The translations under genes were made by a program, and so were the position numbers. 45,716 bases of DNA from Alphaproteobacteria bacterium UBA2947. Lineage in GTDB: Bacteria > Pseudomonadota > Alphaproteobacteria > Rs-D84. The stretch covers positions 17,505 through 63,220 of the forward strand of contig DEBV01000014.1 in assembly GCA_002348925.1 (NCBI GenBank), in the 5' to 3' direction. Below are positions 33,585 through 41,124 of the stretch, one piece after another; within the stretch, counting starts at the first letter, position 1; each line of letters starts with the position of its first letter. The notes under the pieces were generated by a model. The model did no database searches and was not told where the DNA came from. It saw only the letters and a program-made list of their open reading frames with translations.

Positions 33585-35120
33585 ATGTTAAGAACTTTTT
33601 TAAAAGGGTCTGCTTTGTGTGCACTGGTTTTGTGCGCGTGTGATTTGCAACCAAAAATTGCTTCAATCCCAGATGATATAGGTATGTTTATTGAAGACAG
33701 ATATCCTGCATTATTGGCTGATCCAGAAACACAACCAGAAATTTATAATTCTGCGGTGACAGATTATGGTGTTTATGCGTCGCCTGAATTATATGGATCG
33801 TCAAGTATGGATGATTATGTTTTGTATGCCAGTGTTGACGATTATGTGCTGGTACCAGAAGAAGAGGAAGAAACAGAACAAGTTGTTGAAACAAAAATAG
33901 AAAAAGAACCTGAAATCGTACAAGAAGAAGATACCGATTATTTGCTTGTTCCAACATACACCAAGAAAGAGATTGTCGAAGAAAGACAACCAACAAAAGA
34001 ACAAGATGGCATAATCATTGTCGCAAAGGGCGACACAGTTTATTCGTTGGCGCGTAAAAATAATATGAGTATAGACGAATTCGCAAAGATAAATAATCTG
34101 AAAGAACCGTACACTTTATCGATTGGTCAAAAGTTAACAACAACGCGCAAAGCAGAAGTTGTCACAGCAAAAAAAGAAGCGCCAAAGACAGTTGTTGTTG
34201 AAAAAGCCAAGGAAGCAAAAGTGGAAAAAGTCGTCGTCAAAGAACCTGTGAAGCCAACAGATACTAAGCGCGTTGATTTGCAAGAAATAACAGTACAAAA
34301 GGGCGACACTTTGTATTCTTTATCTCGTAAATATGAAATTCCTGTTAATGATTTAGCGGTTATGAATAAAATATCCAGTCCGTTTGATTTAAGTGTTGGG
34401 CAGAAAATCAAAGTACCAAAATTGGATAATGTAAAAACTGCTTCTGTGTCAGAAATAAAAACTGTTTCTGTAAAACCATCAACAAGTGCAACTGCAAAAA
34501 TTACGCCTGCTAAAAAAGTCGTTCGTCAAGCAACAGTAAAAGAAACTAAGCCCACAACAACAATAAAAGAAACTAAAACAGCAACAGTTGCAAAAAATAC
34601 AGTTGTAAAAACCAAAGATTCGACAAGTGTTAAAACTACGGCAAAAAGTGCAACCCAAAAGACAGTTGTTGCCAAAACTGTAAAACAAGAAAAAATATCT
34701 TCGAATCCTAAAAAGCAGTTGCCAAAGGTGGCGGCACGTTCAAGTTCTAAGTTTTCATGGCCTGTGCGTGGCAAGATTTTATCTGCGTATGGTGCAAAGA
34801 ATAACGGATTGTTTAATGACGGTATAAATATCGCTGCATCCCAAGGAACCATAGTCAAAGCAGCAGAAAATGGTGTTGTTGCGTATGCTGGAAATGAAGT
34901 TAAAGGTATGGGAAATTTAATCATTATTCAACACAGTGATGGTTGGATGACTGTTTATGCGCATCTTGATTCTATGTCTGTTAAACGTGGTGCGCGCGTC
35001 AATGTTGGAACGCCAATTGGTCGTGTTGGAAAGACAGGCAAGGTTGATCAACCGCAACTTCACTTTGAAATCCGTAAGGGAACAAAGGCATACAACCCAA
35101 CAAAATATTTAAAGAATTAA
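33585..35120 (+). CDS. nlpD: NlpD-like lipoprotein: 2 x LysM plus a degenerate LytM (M23) domain
   Basis: Track ORF 33498-35120. I prefer the Met at 33585 (MLRTFLKGSALCALVLCAC, lipobox). Two LysM repeats (IIVAKGDTVYSLARKNN...IGQKL and ITVQKGDTLYSLSRKYE...VGQKI). A long K/T/V-rich low-complexity stretch. In the M23 domain the HxxxD position reads NDGIN and the HxH position reads QLHFE, so the metal ligands are incomplete, as in the E. coli NlpD/EnvC amidase activators. Confidence 0.75.
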   Translation: MLRTFLKGSALCALVLCACDLQPKIASIPDDIGMFIEDRYPALLADPETQPEIYNSAVTDYGVYASPELYGSSSMDDYVLYASVDDYVLVPEEEEETEQVVETKIEKEPEIVQEEDTDYLLVPTYTKKEIVEERQPTKEQDGIIIVAKGDTVYSLARKNNMSIDEFAKINNLKEPYTLSIGQKLTTTRKAEVVTAKKEAPKTVVVEKAKEAKVEKVVVKEPVKPTDTKRVDLQEITVQKGDTLYSLSRKYEIPVNDLAVMNKISSPFDLSVGQKIKVPKLDNVKTASVSEIKTVSVKPSTSATAKITPAKKVVRQATVKETKPTTTIKETKTATVAKNTVVKTKDSTSVKTTAKSATQKTVVAKTVKQEKISSNPKKQLPKVAARSSSKFSWPVRGKILSAYGAKNNGLFNDGINIAASQGTIVKAAENGVVAYAGNEVKGMGNLIIIQHSDGWMTVYAHLDSMSVKRGARVNVGTPIGRVGKTGKVDQPQLHFEIRKGTKAYNPTKYLKN

Positions 35121-35148
35121 AAAAGGCACCCAAAAAGGTGCCTTTTTA
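35119..35148. terminator. Bidirectional Rho-independent terminator
   Basis: AAAAAAGGCACC-caaaaa-GGTGCCTTTTT, between the convergent nlpD-like and SodC-like genes. Confidence 0.6.
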
Positions 35149-35163
35149 ATAATTGGTGTTTTT

Positions 35164-35700
35164 TTATTCTTTTATGGTTCCCCATGCGGCTTTATATCCG
35201 CCATCGCGTGTCAATTTTAATTTTGCGTTGTTTAATTGGGTTGCTGTCAGTCCGCGTACGATATAGGACTGTTGCAGGCGTTCGCCGTTTGCGCTTTTGA
35301 TTTGTGGTAATTCGATAGCCATGGCTTCTGTGTCACAGCATATGCTGTCGTTGCATGCGCCACATTGGTAAACTTGCGCAGTATAGATTTTGCCAGGGCG
35401 CAAGTGAATCAAATCAACATTCATTTTCAAACCATTTTCTGTTTCGTTGAAACTGATAAAGCCCATTTCTGCATCGCCACCTTGGTTAGAGCGCGTGTAC
35501 ATTTTTGCGCGAACGCTGTGAACATCGTCACCACTGTATGTTTGTTGGAATACATGTGGTTCAGAATGTTTTTTGTGCTTTTGATGCATGTGTTCTTCAT
35601 GATGTTTGTTGTGGGTGTTTGTGGGGCATGTTGTACAGCCTGCGGTTAAAAGTGTAATGCCACAAAGCGAAGCCATTAAAAATGCGGTTTTGTGTTTCAT
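35164..35700 (-). CDS. Cu/Zn-superoxide-dismutase-fold lipoprotein that lacks the metal-ligand histidines and has a His-rich N-terminal stretch
   Basis: Lipobox LTAGC. HNKHHEEHMHQKHKKHSEPH tract. GFISFNETENGLKMNVDLIHLRPGKIYTAQVYQCGAC parallels SodC G.v.f.e...Gl.f...l.gLpPGeHGFHiHe.GsC, with the His residues replaced. The Zn loop is missing. The C-terminal AAWGTIKE parallels aCGVIk. Confidence 0.5.
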   Translation of the reverse strand: MKHKTAFLMASLCGITLLTAGCTTCPTNTHNKHHEEHMHQKHKKHSEPHVFQQTYSGDDVHSVRAKMYTRSNQGGDAEMGFISFNETENGLKMNVDLIHLRPGKIYTAQVYQCGACNDSICCDTEAMAIELPQIKSANGERLQQSYIVRGLTATQLNNAKLKLTRDGGYKAAWGTIKE

Positions 35701-35825
35701 AAATTTCTCCTTTGGTTTATGTGGTTACGATTTGTATTTTATAATAAGCATTGAAATATATCGTCAGGTTTGATTGCCTAAAAGACAGGAAATAATGCGT
35801 ATTGCGTGATTTGTTCGATAAAAAC

Positions 35826-35854
35826 TTGCATTTAGTAAAAAAAGCATATAAAAT
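35826..35854 (+). promoter_or_regulatory. Sigma-70-like promoter (TTGCAT-17 nt-TAAAAT) for tRNA-Lys
   Basis: TTGCAT at 35826-35831 and TAAAAT at 35849-35854. The tRNA 5' end is at 35865. Confidence 0.45.
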
Positions 35855-35864
35855 TCACAGCACT

Positions 35865-35940
35865 GGATGCATAGCTCAGTTGGTAGAGCAACTGACTCTT
35901 AATCAGTGGGTCCAGGGTTCGAGTCCCTGTGCGTCCACCA
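35865..35940 (+). tRNA. tRNA-Lys (anticodon CUU), with CCA encoded
   Basis: Manual cloverleaf. Acceptor GGATGCA/TGCGTCC. D arm GCTC-AGTTGGTA-GAGC. Anticodon arm ACTGA-CTCTTAA-TCAGT (anticodon CTT). Variable loop GGGTC. T arm CAGGG-TTCGAGT-CCCTG. Discriminator A plus CCA. 76 nt in total. Confidence 0.95.
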
Positions 35941-35944
35941 AGAT

Positions 35945-35977
35945 AAAACCGCCCGTATGGGCGGTTTTTGTTTTTTT
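35945..35977 (+). terminator. Rho-independent terminator after tRNA-Lys
   Basis: AAAACCGCCC-gtat-GGGCGGTTTTTGTTTTTTT. Confidence 0.6.
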
Positions 35978-36041
35978 CTTGCTTGGCAACAGGTCGTATT
36001 CTAAAATAGGATTATCTGTAAAGAAACCAAGGAGAAAACCC

Positions 36042-37433
36042 ATGAAAAGATATTTCCTTTTAACTTCAGTTTTAGCATTGGCTGCTTGTGGCGGTGGTTC
36101 TGGTGGCGGTGGAAATGTTGGAAATGCTGTTAATGGCAGAACACCAGGAAGTCCTACTGAACATTTGCTTGCTTCAAGTTTAATAGGTGATACAGATAAT
36201 AATGAAATAACTAATATGGCGTCGGCAGTAGTAGTTAAGAATGGTTCTTCTTGGAGTAGTTTTGCGCGTGCCGCAAAAGCGCCAGACACAACGTCTCACA
36301 CGGGATACACAATTTATAAGTTGGATAACGTTGATTTTAAGTTAGTAGAAGGTAATGCAAATTTAGAATCTGCCTTTAATTTTGAAATAGATTCAGATGG
36401 TCGTATAGAAAACGTTGTTGCTAAAATTGGTGGCTCTGAATTGAATGCTGCGCGTGGAACAGAATCAGGAAAAACAGATAAGTTTTATGGAAAAATATAT
36501 CAATTTGTAAAGGATGGTGACGATAAAGAAGTAATCACGATTGCCGATGATGGCAATGTTACAGAAAATATTTTGCAAGCGAAATTAGCTGAGGCTGTAG
36601 AAAACAATATTTTATCTTCTGCAGAAGCTAGTGCGGGGCATTGGAATCATTTGGATCAATATTGGAAGTTTGAAACTAACGGTAACAAGGATAGTTTGGG
36701 CTTAACGTATTCAGATTTTGGTTATATGATGACGTATAATCTTGTCAAAGATGAAAATATTAGTTTTGATTCAAATGGTATTATGAATGGGGCGGCCGAA
36801 CACAATGTTGGTGAAGAACATGCCTCAGGCTTGTTGTTTGCTGGTGGTTATGATCTTCCAAATACCGGTAAAGCGGATGGTATGAATTTTACAGGTAAGG
36901 CTGTTGGTATTGTGTCAACCAGCATAGATGAACCAAATGGACAGGCTTATTATAAGGAAACTTATGGGCATGGTTGGGAAGATCAAGGCAATGGGATATA
37001 TAATCATGGTGAAATGGCATTGTTGACAGCTGATGAAGCTACCTTGGAAATAAAAGATAATGGTAAAGAAATTTTAAATATGAAGTTTGGTAGCAATGGA
37101 ACAGCTGTTGATACAAAAACAAATCAAAATATTGATTGGTATGATGTTAAAGTCACAAAAAATGGTAACGATGTAGCATTTGAATTTAATACACCGAGTG
37201 GTAATAATATTCCAGATCGTTTCAGACATGATGCTGAAGTATCTGGTGATACAATAGTCGAAAAAGCAGATATGGGGTATTATGGTGTAGGTACACCAGA
37301 AGAAGCCACTGGCGCGGTATATTACCAACAAATACGAGATGGTATGGATGTTCCAAACGAGACTGATACAGCAAAGCGTGAATTTATGTTCCAAGGGGCA
37401 TATGGAACAAAAATAAATCCAAATGCAAATTAA
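36042..37433 (+). CDS. Candidate Slam-dependent surface lipoprotein (TbpB/fHbp/HpuA-like C-terminal barrel)
   Basis: True start lies within track ORF 35802-37433, whose 5' part runs across the tRNA. SD aaggag, then MKRYFLLTSVLALAACGGGSGGGG: lipobox LAAC plus a Gly-rich tether, the hallmark of Neisseria/Pasteurellaceae surface lipoproteins. Near the C-terminus, MGYYGVGTPEEATGAVYY resembles the G.FYGp.AeE.aG.f strand motif of TbpB-like barrels. It lies directly upstream of a Slam-like gene. Confidence 0.55.
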   Translation: MKRYFLLTSVLALAACGGGSGGGGNVGNAVNGRTPGSPTEHLLASSLIGDTDNNEITNMASAVVVKNGSSWSSFARAAKAPDTTSHTGYTIYKLDNVDFKLVEGNANLESAFNFEIDSDGRIENVVAKIGGSELNAARGTESGKTDKFYGKIYQFVKDGDDKEVITIADDGNVTENILQAKLAEAVENNILSSAEASAGHWNHLDQYWKFETNGNKDSLGLTYSDFGYMMTYNLVKDENISFDSNGIMNGAAEHNVGEEHASGLLFAGGYDLPNTGKADGMNFTGKAVGIVSTSIDEPNGQAYYKETYGHGWEDQGNGIYNHGEMALLTADEATLEIKDNGKEILNMKFGSNGTAVDTKTNQNIDWYDVKVTKNGNDVAFEFNTPSGNNIPDRFRHDAEVSGDTIVEKADMGYYGVGTPEEATGAVYYQQIRDGMDVPNETDTAKREFMFQGAYGTKINPNAN

Positions 37434-37457
37434 TCGTATTTGAAACATTTTGTTTTG

Positions 37458-37490
37458 AAAAAAGGTCTGTATGAAAATACAGACTTTTTT
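37458..37490 (+). terminator. Rho-independent terminator/attenuator between the lipoprotein and Slam genes
   Basis: gAAAAAAG-GTCTGTAT-gaaa-ATACAGAC-TTTTTT: a perfect 8-bp stem, GAAA loop and a 6-T run. Confidence 0.55.
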
Positions 37491-37555
37491 ATAGAGAAAA
37501 CAGGTAAAAAAGTTTATTATAAGAAAAGAGTTCTAAATGATTTTATAAAAAAGAC

Positions 37556-38929
37556 ATGAAACGTTTAATAATCTTTTTTTCTATGCTTGTGTATGTTTTT
37601 AATATGGCGCTTGCCGAGAATGTTGAAAATATACATATTAAAAAACATAAAGACGGAACAACGGAACTTACTATGTCTGGTTTGGAAGCCGTGAAGTTAG
37701 CAGGACGTTTAGTCGAAAGAAACGATTACGAACATGCAACACAGATTCTTACGATGATGCCACAGACAAACAGTTTGCCAGTTGAAATTGAACGTTGGTA
37801 TTTGTTGGCGCAAATCGAACAAAAGAAAGGTAATATTGACGAAGCGATTCGTATTTACAGAAAGATACTTGATGACCAACCTGATTTGGTAAAAATTCGT
37901 TATGAATTGGCTATTTGCTATATGATGAAGGGGCAATGGTATCGGGCTGATTATAATTTGCGTCTTGCGATGGCAGGTAAAGACATTCCTGATGAAATTA
38001 AACAGCGTATGATGTATTTGCGCTATATCGCGCGTAAAAATAAAAACTGGAATGTTTGGTTTAATTTCGGTGCTGCGCCTGATAACAATGTGAATCAAGC
38101 AAAGGGCGGTAAAGAATGTATAACTAACGCGTGGGGAACTTTCTGTCGTGATTTGCCAGAACCAGAAAAAGCAATTGGTACAAATTTTATGCTGGGGGGC
38201 GATTATGAATTTAAGTTGTCTGATAATTGGCGTTGGAAAAGCGATGCGACTATTTATACCAATATTTATGATAAACACAAATATGATGATTTGTATTTGT
38301 CTTCTTCAACTGGACCGCGTTATGTTTGGGAAAAAGGCGATGTTTGGTTGGCGGCGATAGTAAATCGGCGCTGGTACGGATGGGACAGGTATAATTGGGC
38401 GTATGGTGGAAAGTTGGACACAAACTATGACTGGTCGCGTAAGTTATCATCAGGACTGATTTTGCGTGTCATGAATAATTTATACGATGAATATGGTGAT
38501 TGGATGGACGGGCAGAGTTATACTGCATCGCCGCACATTACATATTCGTTGGATTCTACAAAATATTTAATCTTGCGTGGAAATATAGAACGCGAAACAG
38601 CCAAAGTAGATGCTTATGCGAATCGTAAATATGGTGCAAGTATCGGTTTCGGTGCCGAATTGCCCTATGGTTTTCGTGTGTATTTGGAACCTTATTTTTC
38701 GTGGATAAACTATGATGGACCACGTTGGGTTGTCAAAGATGGCTCTTATCAACCAGTGACAGAACGTGATTTCTTGCAACGTTATGCCATGTCTTTGTCT
38801 AATAATAAATTAGAAGTGCGTGGCTTTGTGCCGACCATCACATTTAGTTATACAAAAAAAGATTCAAACATTGTTGCGCGAGAATATGAAAAGTGGACTG
38901 CTGAATTCACTTTCCAGCAACGATTTTAA
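37556..38929 (+). CDS. Surface lipoprotein assembly modifier (Slam)-like outer-membrane protein: N-terminal TPR plus C-terminal DUF560-type barrel
   Basis: 457-aa ORF. Signal peptide ...FNMALA/EN. TPR units (ERNDYEHATQIL, KKGNIDEAIRIYRKILDDQP, MMKGQWYRADYNLRLAM). From WNVWFNFGAAPDNNVNQA onward it has amphipathic beta-strands rich in Y/W/G. Terminal beta-signal TAEFTFQQRF. Size and layout match Neisseria Slam1/2. Confidence 0.65.
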   Translation: MKRLIIFFSMLVYVFNMALAENVENIHIKKHKDGTTELTMSGLEAVKLAGRLVERNDYEHATQILTMMPQTNSLPVEIERWYLLAQIEQKKGNIDEAIRIYRKILDDQPDLVKIRYELAICYMMKGQWYRADYNLRLAMAGKDIPDEIKQRMMYLRYIARKNKNWNVWFNFGAAPDNNVNQAKGGKECITNAWGTFCRDLPEPEKAIGTNFMLGGDYEFKLSDNWRWKSDATIYTNIYDKHKYDDLYLSSSTGPRYVWEKGDVWLAAIVNRRWYGWDRYNWAYGGKLDTNYDWSRKLSSGLILRVMNNLYDEYGDWMDGQSYTASPHITYSLDSTKYLILRGNIERETAKVDAYANRKYGASIGFGAELPYGFRVYLEPYFSWINYDGPRWVVKDGSYQPVTERDFLQRYAMSLSNNKLEVRGFVPTITFSYTKKDSNIVAREYEKWTAEFTFQQRF

Positions 38930-38970
38930 TCATTCTTGAAAAATGTCTAATTTGTGCTTTAATTAAAGCC

Positions 38971-39648
38971 ATGAAGATAATAGATGCGCACAGCCATATT
39001 GACCATATTACTCATAATTTCCAAGAAGATGTTGTTGGAACGATTTGTTGCGCCACAAAAGAATCTGAATGGGGTGTTTTGGTTGAACTGATGAAACACG
39101 ATAAAAATATTTATGGTGCGTTTGGTGTGCACCCTTGGTTTGTTGATAGTGTTGTGGATGATTTTGATAAACGACTTGAAGATTTATTAAAAACAAATAG
39201 TAAATATATGGTTGGGGAAATAGGGTTGGATAAGTATAAACCAAATATGGAAAAACAAATTGAAGTGTTTCAAAAACAATTTGATGTGGCGATTCGTTTA
39301 AAACGGACAATGTTTTTACATTGTGTTGGTGCTTGGGATAAAATATTGCATATATTAAAACAATATAAGCAATCAGAATTACCAATAATTGTTATGCATG
39401 ATTTTAATGCAAACGATGAAATTATAGAAAAATTATTACAGTATAAAAATATATTTTTTTCAGTTGGTAAAAACGCTCTATACGACAGATTCCGTCGTAT
39501 AGACAAAATTTCAAATGATAGGATTTTGGTTGAAACAGACGGTGATAAAAATATCGTTTTGAAAAATCTTGTGAATAAAATATCAAAAAATGAATCAGAT
39601 ATTTATAACAATACTTTAAAGGTGTTAAATAATGGACAGGTTGCATAG
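38971..39648 (+). CDS. tatD: TatD-family metal-dependent hydrolase (short, 225 aa)
   Basis: MKIIDAHSHID (HxH), GEIGLD, FLHC (His) and ETDG(D) blocks are typical of TatD/YjjV DNases. Confidence 0.75.
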   Translation: MKIIDAHSHIDHITHNFQEDVVGTICCATKESEWGVLVELMKHDKNIYGAFGVHPWFVDSVVDDFDKRLEDLLKTNSKYMVGEIGLDKYKPNMEKQIEVFQKQFDVAIRLKRTMFLHCVGAWDKILHILKQYKQSELPIIVMHDFNANDEIIEKLLQYKNIFFSVGKNALYDRFRRIDKISNDRILVETDGDKNIVLKNLVNKISKNESDIYNNTLKVLNNGQVA

Positions 39649-40306
39649 AATCACTTTGTTGTTTGGTAAAGATGCAGTAAATAAATTACAAAAATCAACA
39701 GTAATGGTTGTTGGTTGTGGCGCGGTTGGCTCTTTTGCAATAGAGGCCTTGGCACGAAGCGGAATAGGGCATATTATAGTGATAGATTTTGATAAAGTTG
39801 AAGAATCAAATATAAATCGTCAATTATATGCACTTGATTCAACAATCGGTAAAACAAAGGTAGAAGTTGCCAGAGCCAGAATACACGATATAAACCCAGA
39901 TATAACAGCTGATGCATTTGAATTGTTTTTTGATGAAAAAACAGATTTAGATATAAAACCAGATTTTGTTATAGATGCGATAGACAGCGTTCAATCAAAG
40001 ATAGCCCTTTATAAATGGTGTTTAAAAAATAAAATACCTTTTGTTTCCAGTATGGGGGCGGCACGTAAAACAGATATATCAAAAATCAAAGTTGATAAAA
40101 TATCAAAAACCAGCGTATGTCCATTGGCGTCTAAAATAAGACATATTGTAAAAGAAGAAAAATTGAAAGATTTTCCAGTGGTCTATTCAACAGAACCTGC
40201 AACACCACAAAAAAACGGTGGGCGTGAATTTGGATCAGTTATAACTGTCACAGGAACTTTTGGTTTAATGTTGGCAGATTTTGTTATTAAAAAAATAACT
40301 GCTTAA
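39632..40306 (+). CDS. tcdA: tRNA threonylcarbamoyladenosine dehydratase (ThiF/E1-like)
   Basis: 224-aa ORF. RITLLFGKDAVNKLQKSTVMVVGCGAVGSFAIEALARSGIGHIIVIDFDKVEESNINRQ is the TcdA/CsdL Rossmann signature. CPLASKIR block. Confidence 0.7.
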   Translation: MDRLHRITLLFGKDAVNKLQKSTVMVVGCGAVGSFAIEALARSGIGHIIVIDFDKVEESNINRQLYALDSTIGKTKVEVARARIHDINPDITADAFELFFDEKTDLDIKPDFVIDAIDSVQSKIALYKWCLKNKIPFVSSMGAARKTDISKIKVDKISKTSVCPLASKIRHIVKEEKLKDFPVVYSTEPATPQKNGGREFGSVITVTGTFGLMLADFVIKKITA

Positions 40307-40433
40307 ATCTTTTCTATACGGCTGATTTGTTGGGTTATGACAAATTTCCTAAGTATACATCCCTATGTAAATATTATGTGTTGTCTGATAGAATACAAGT
40401 GTTGAGATTAATCAGCAACAAAAGGAGAAACTT

Positions 40434-41036
40434 ATGAAAAAACTTATTGCCACATCAATGGCAGTATTCATAGCCGCACCAGCGTTCGCAGGTGGACGTG
40501 CATATGAACAACAAACATCTAACTTTTTAGGTTGGGATATTTTGCCATATGTCGCATTGCGTGGTGGTGCAACATACGGAAACTTAAATTACAGTTATAA
40601 CGATACAAAAGAAAGTGTATCTCAAAACTTGTATCAAGCCCGCGCTGCATTAGGTTTGTCAATATATGAAAAAACGCGTGTCGAAATCGAAGGTTCTTTC
40701 TTTACAAAAGGAAACAAAGATAAATCTTTTGGTGATGCTTATAATGTAGGTGTTTCATCAAAGAATATTGAACTGATGGGCAATGTATATATGGATTTGT
40801 GGAAATTCCATTATATACAACCTTTCGCTGGATTGGGCGCAGGTCTTGCGTTTGTTAACACTCAGGCTGCAGATATAAGCAAGGATGATACGGCTTTTTC
40901 TGCAATGGGTACGTTGGGCTTGTCCATGCCTTTTGGCTGCTTCAATGTTGAAGTTGCAGCGCGTTATAACTATGTCGATGTTCAAGCTGGAATGCATAAT
41001 TTCAGTGGGGATATTGGTATCCGTTATATGTTTTAA
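40434..41036 (+). CDS. Small outer-membrane beta-barrel protein (OmpA-like/Opa-like 8-strand family)
   Basis: 200-aa ORF. Signal peptide ...AAPAFA/GG. Alternating-strand pattern. Ends GDIGIRYMF (C-terminal Phe). Confidence 0.6.
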   Translation: MKKLIATSMAVFIAAPAFAGGRAYEQQTSNFLGWDILPYVALRGGATYGNLNYSYNDTKESVSQNLYQARAALGLSIYEKTRVEIEGSFFTKGNKDKSFGDAYNVGVSSKNIELMGNVYMDLWKFHYIQPFAGLGAGLAFVNTQAADISKDDTAFSAMGTLGLSMPFGCFNVEVAARYNYVDVQAGMHNFSGDIGIRYMF

Positions 41037-41059
41037 AAAAAATTCCTCGTTTCGCTTTG

Positions 41060-41085
41060 AAATCCCGTTTAATACGGGATTTTTA
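41060..41085 (+). terminator. Rho-independent terminator
   Basis: AATCCCGT-ttaat-ACGGGATTTTT. Confidence 0.55.
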
Positions 41086-41124
41086 TTGAATTAAAAAATC
41101 TTTGTATGCTAACATCTTGGTATT

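Noticed and set aside
35802-36041. N-terminal 80 codons of track ORF 35802-37433
   Set aside because: This part reads straight through the tRNA-Lys gene and its terminator. A proper SD plus a lipoprotein signal peptide starts at 36042.
38956-38969. Perfect 14-nt palindrome GCTTTAATTAAAGC immediately upstream of the tatD ATG
   Set aside because: It is AT-rich and short, so it is expected fairly often by chance in this composition. There is no second copy in the window and no adjacent regulator. Evidence is insufficient to call it an operator.
35941-38970. The idea that the lipoprotein-Slam pair is a tRNA-Lys-integrated genomic island
   Set aside because: I found no integrase, no recombinase and no copy of the tRNA 3' end (GTTCGAGTCCCTGTGCGTCCACCA or part of it) downstream of 38929. 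Composition looks like the rest of the window by eye. It is kept only as a weak context note.
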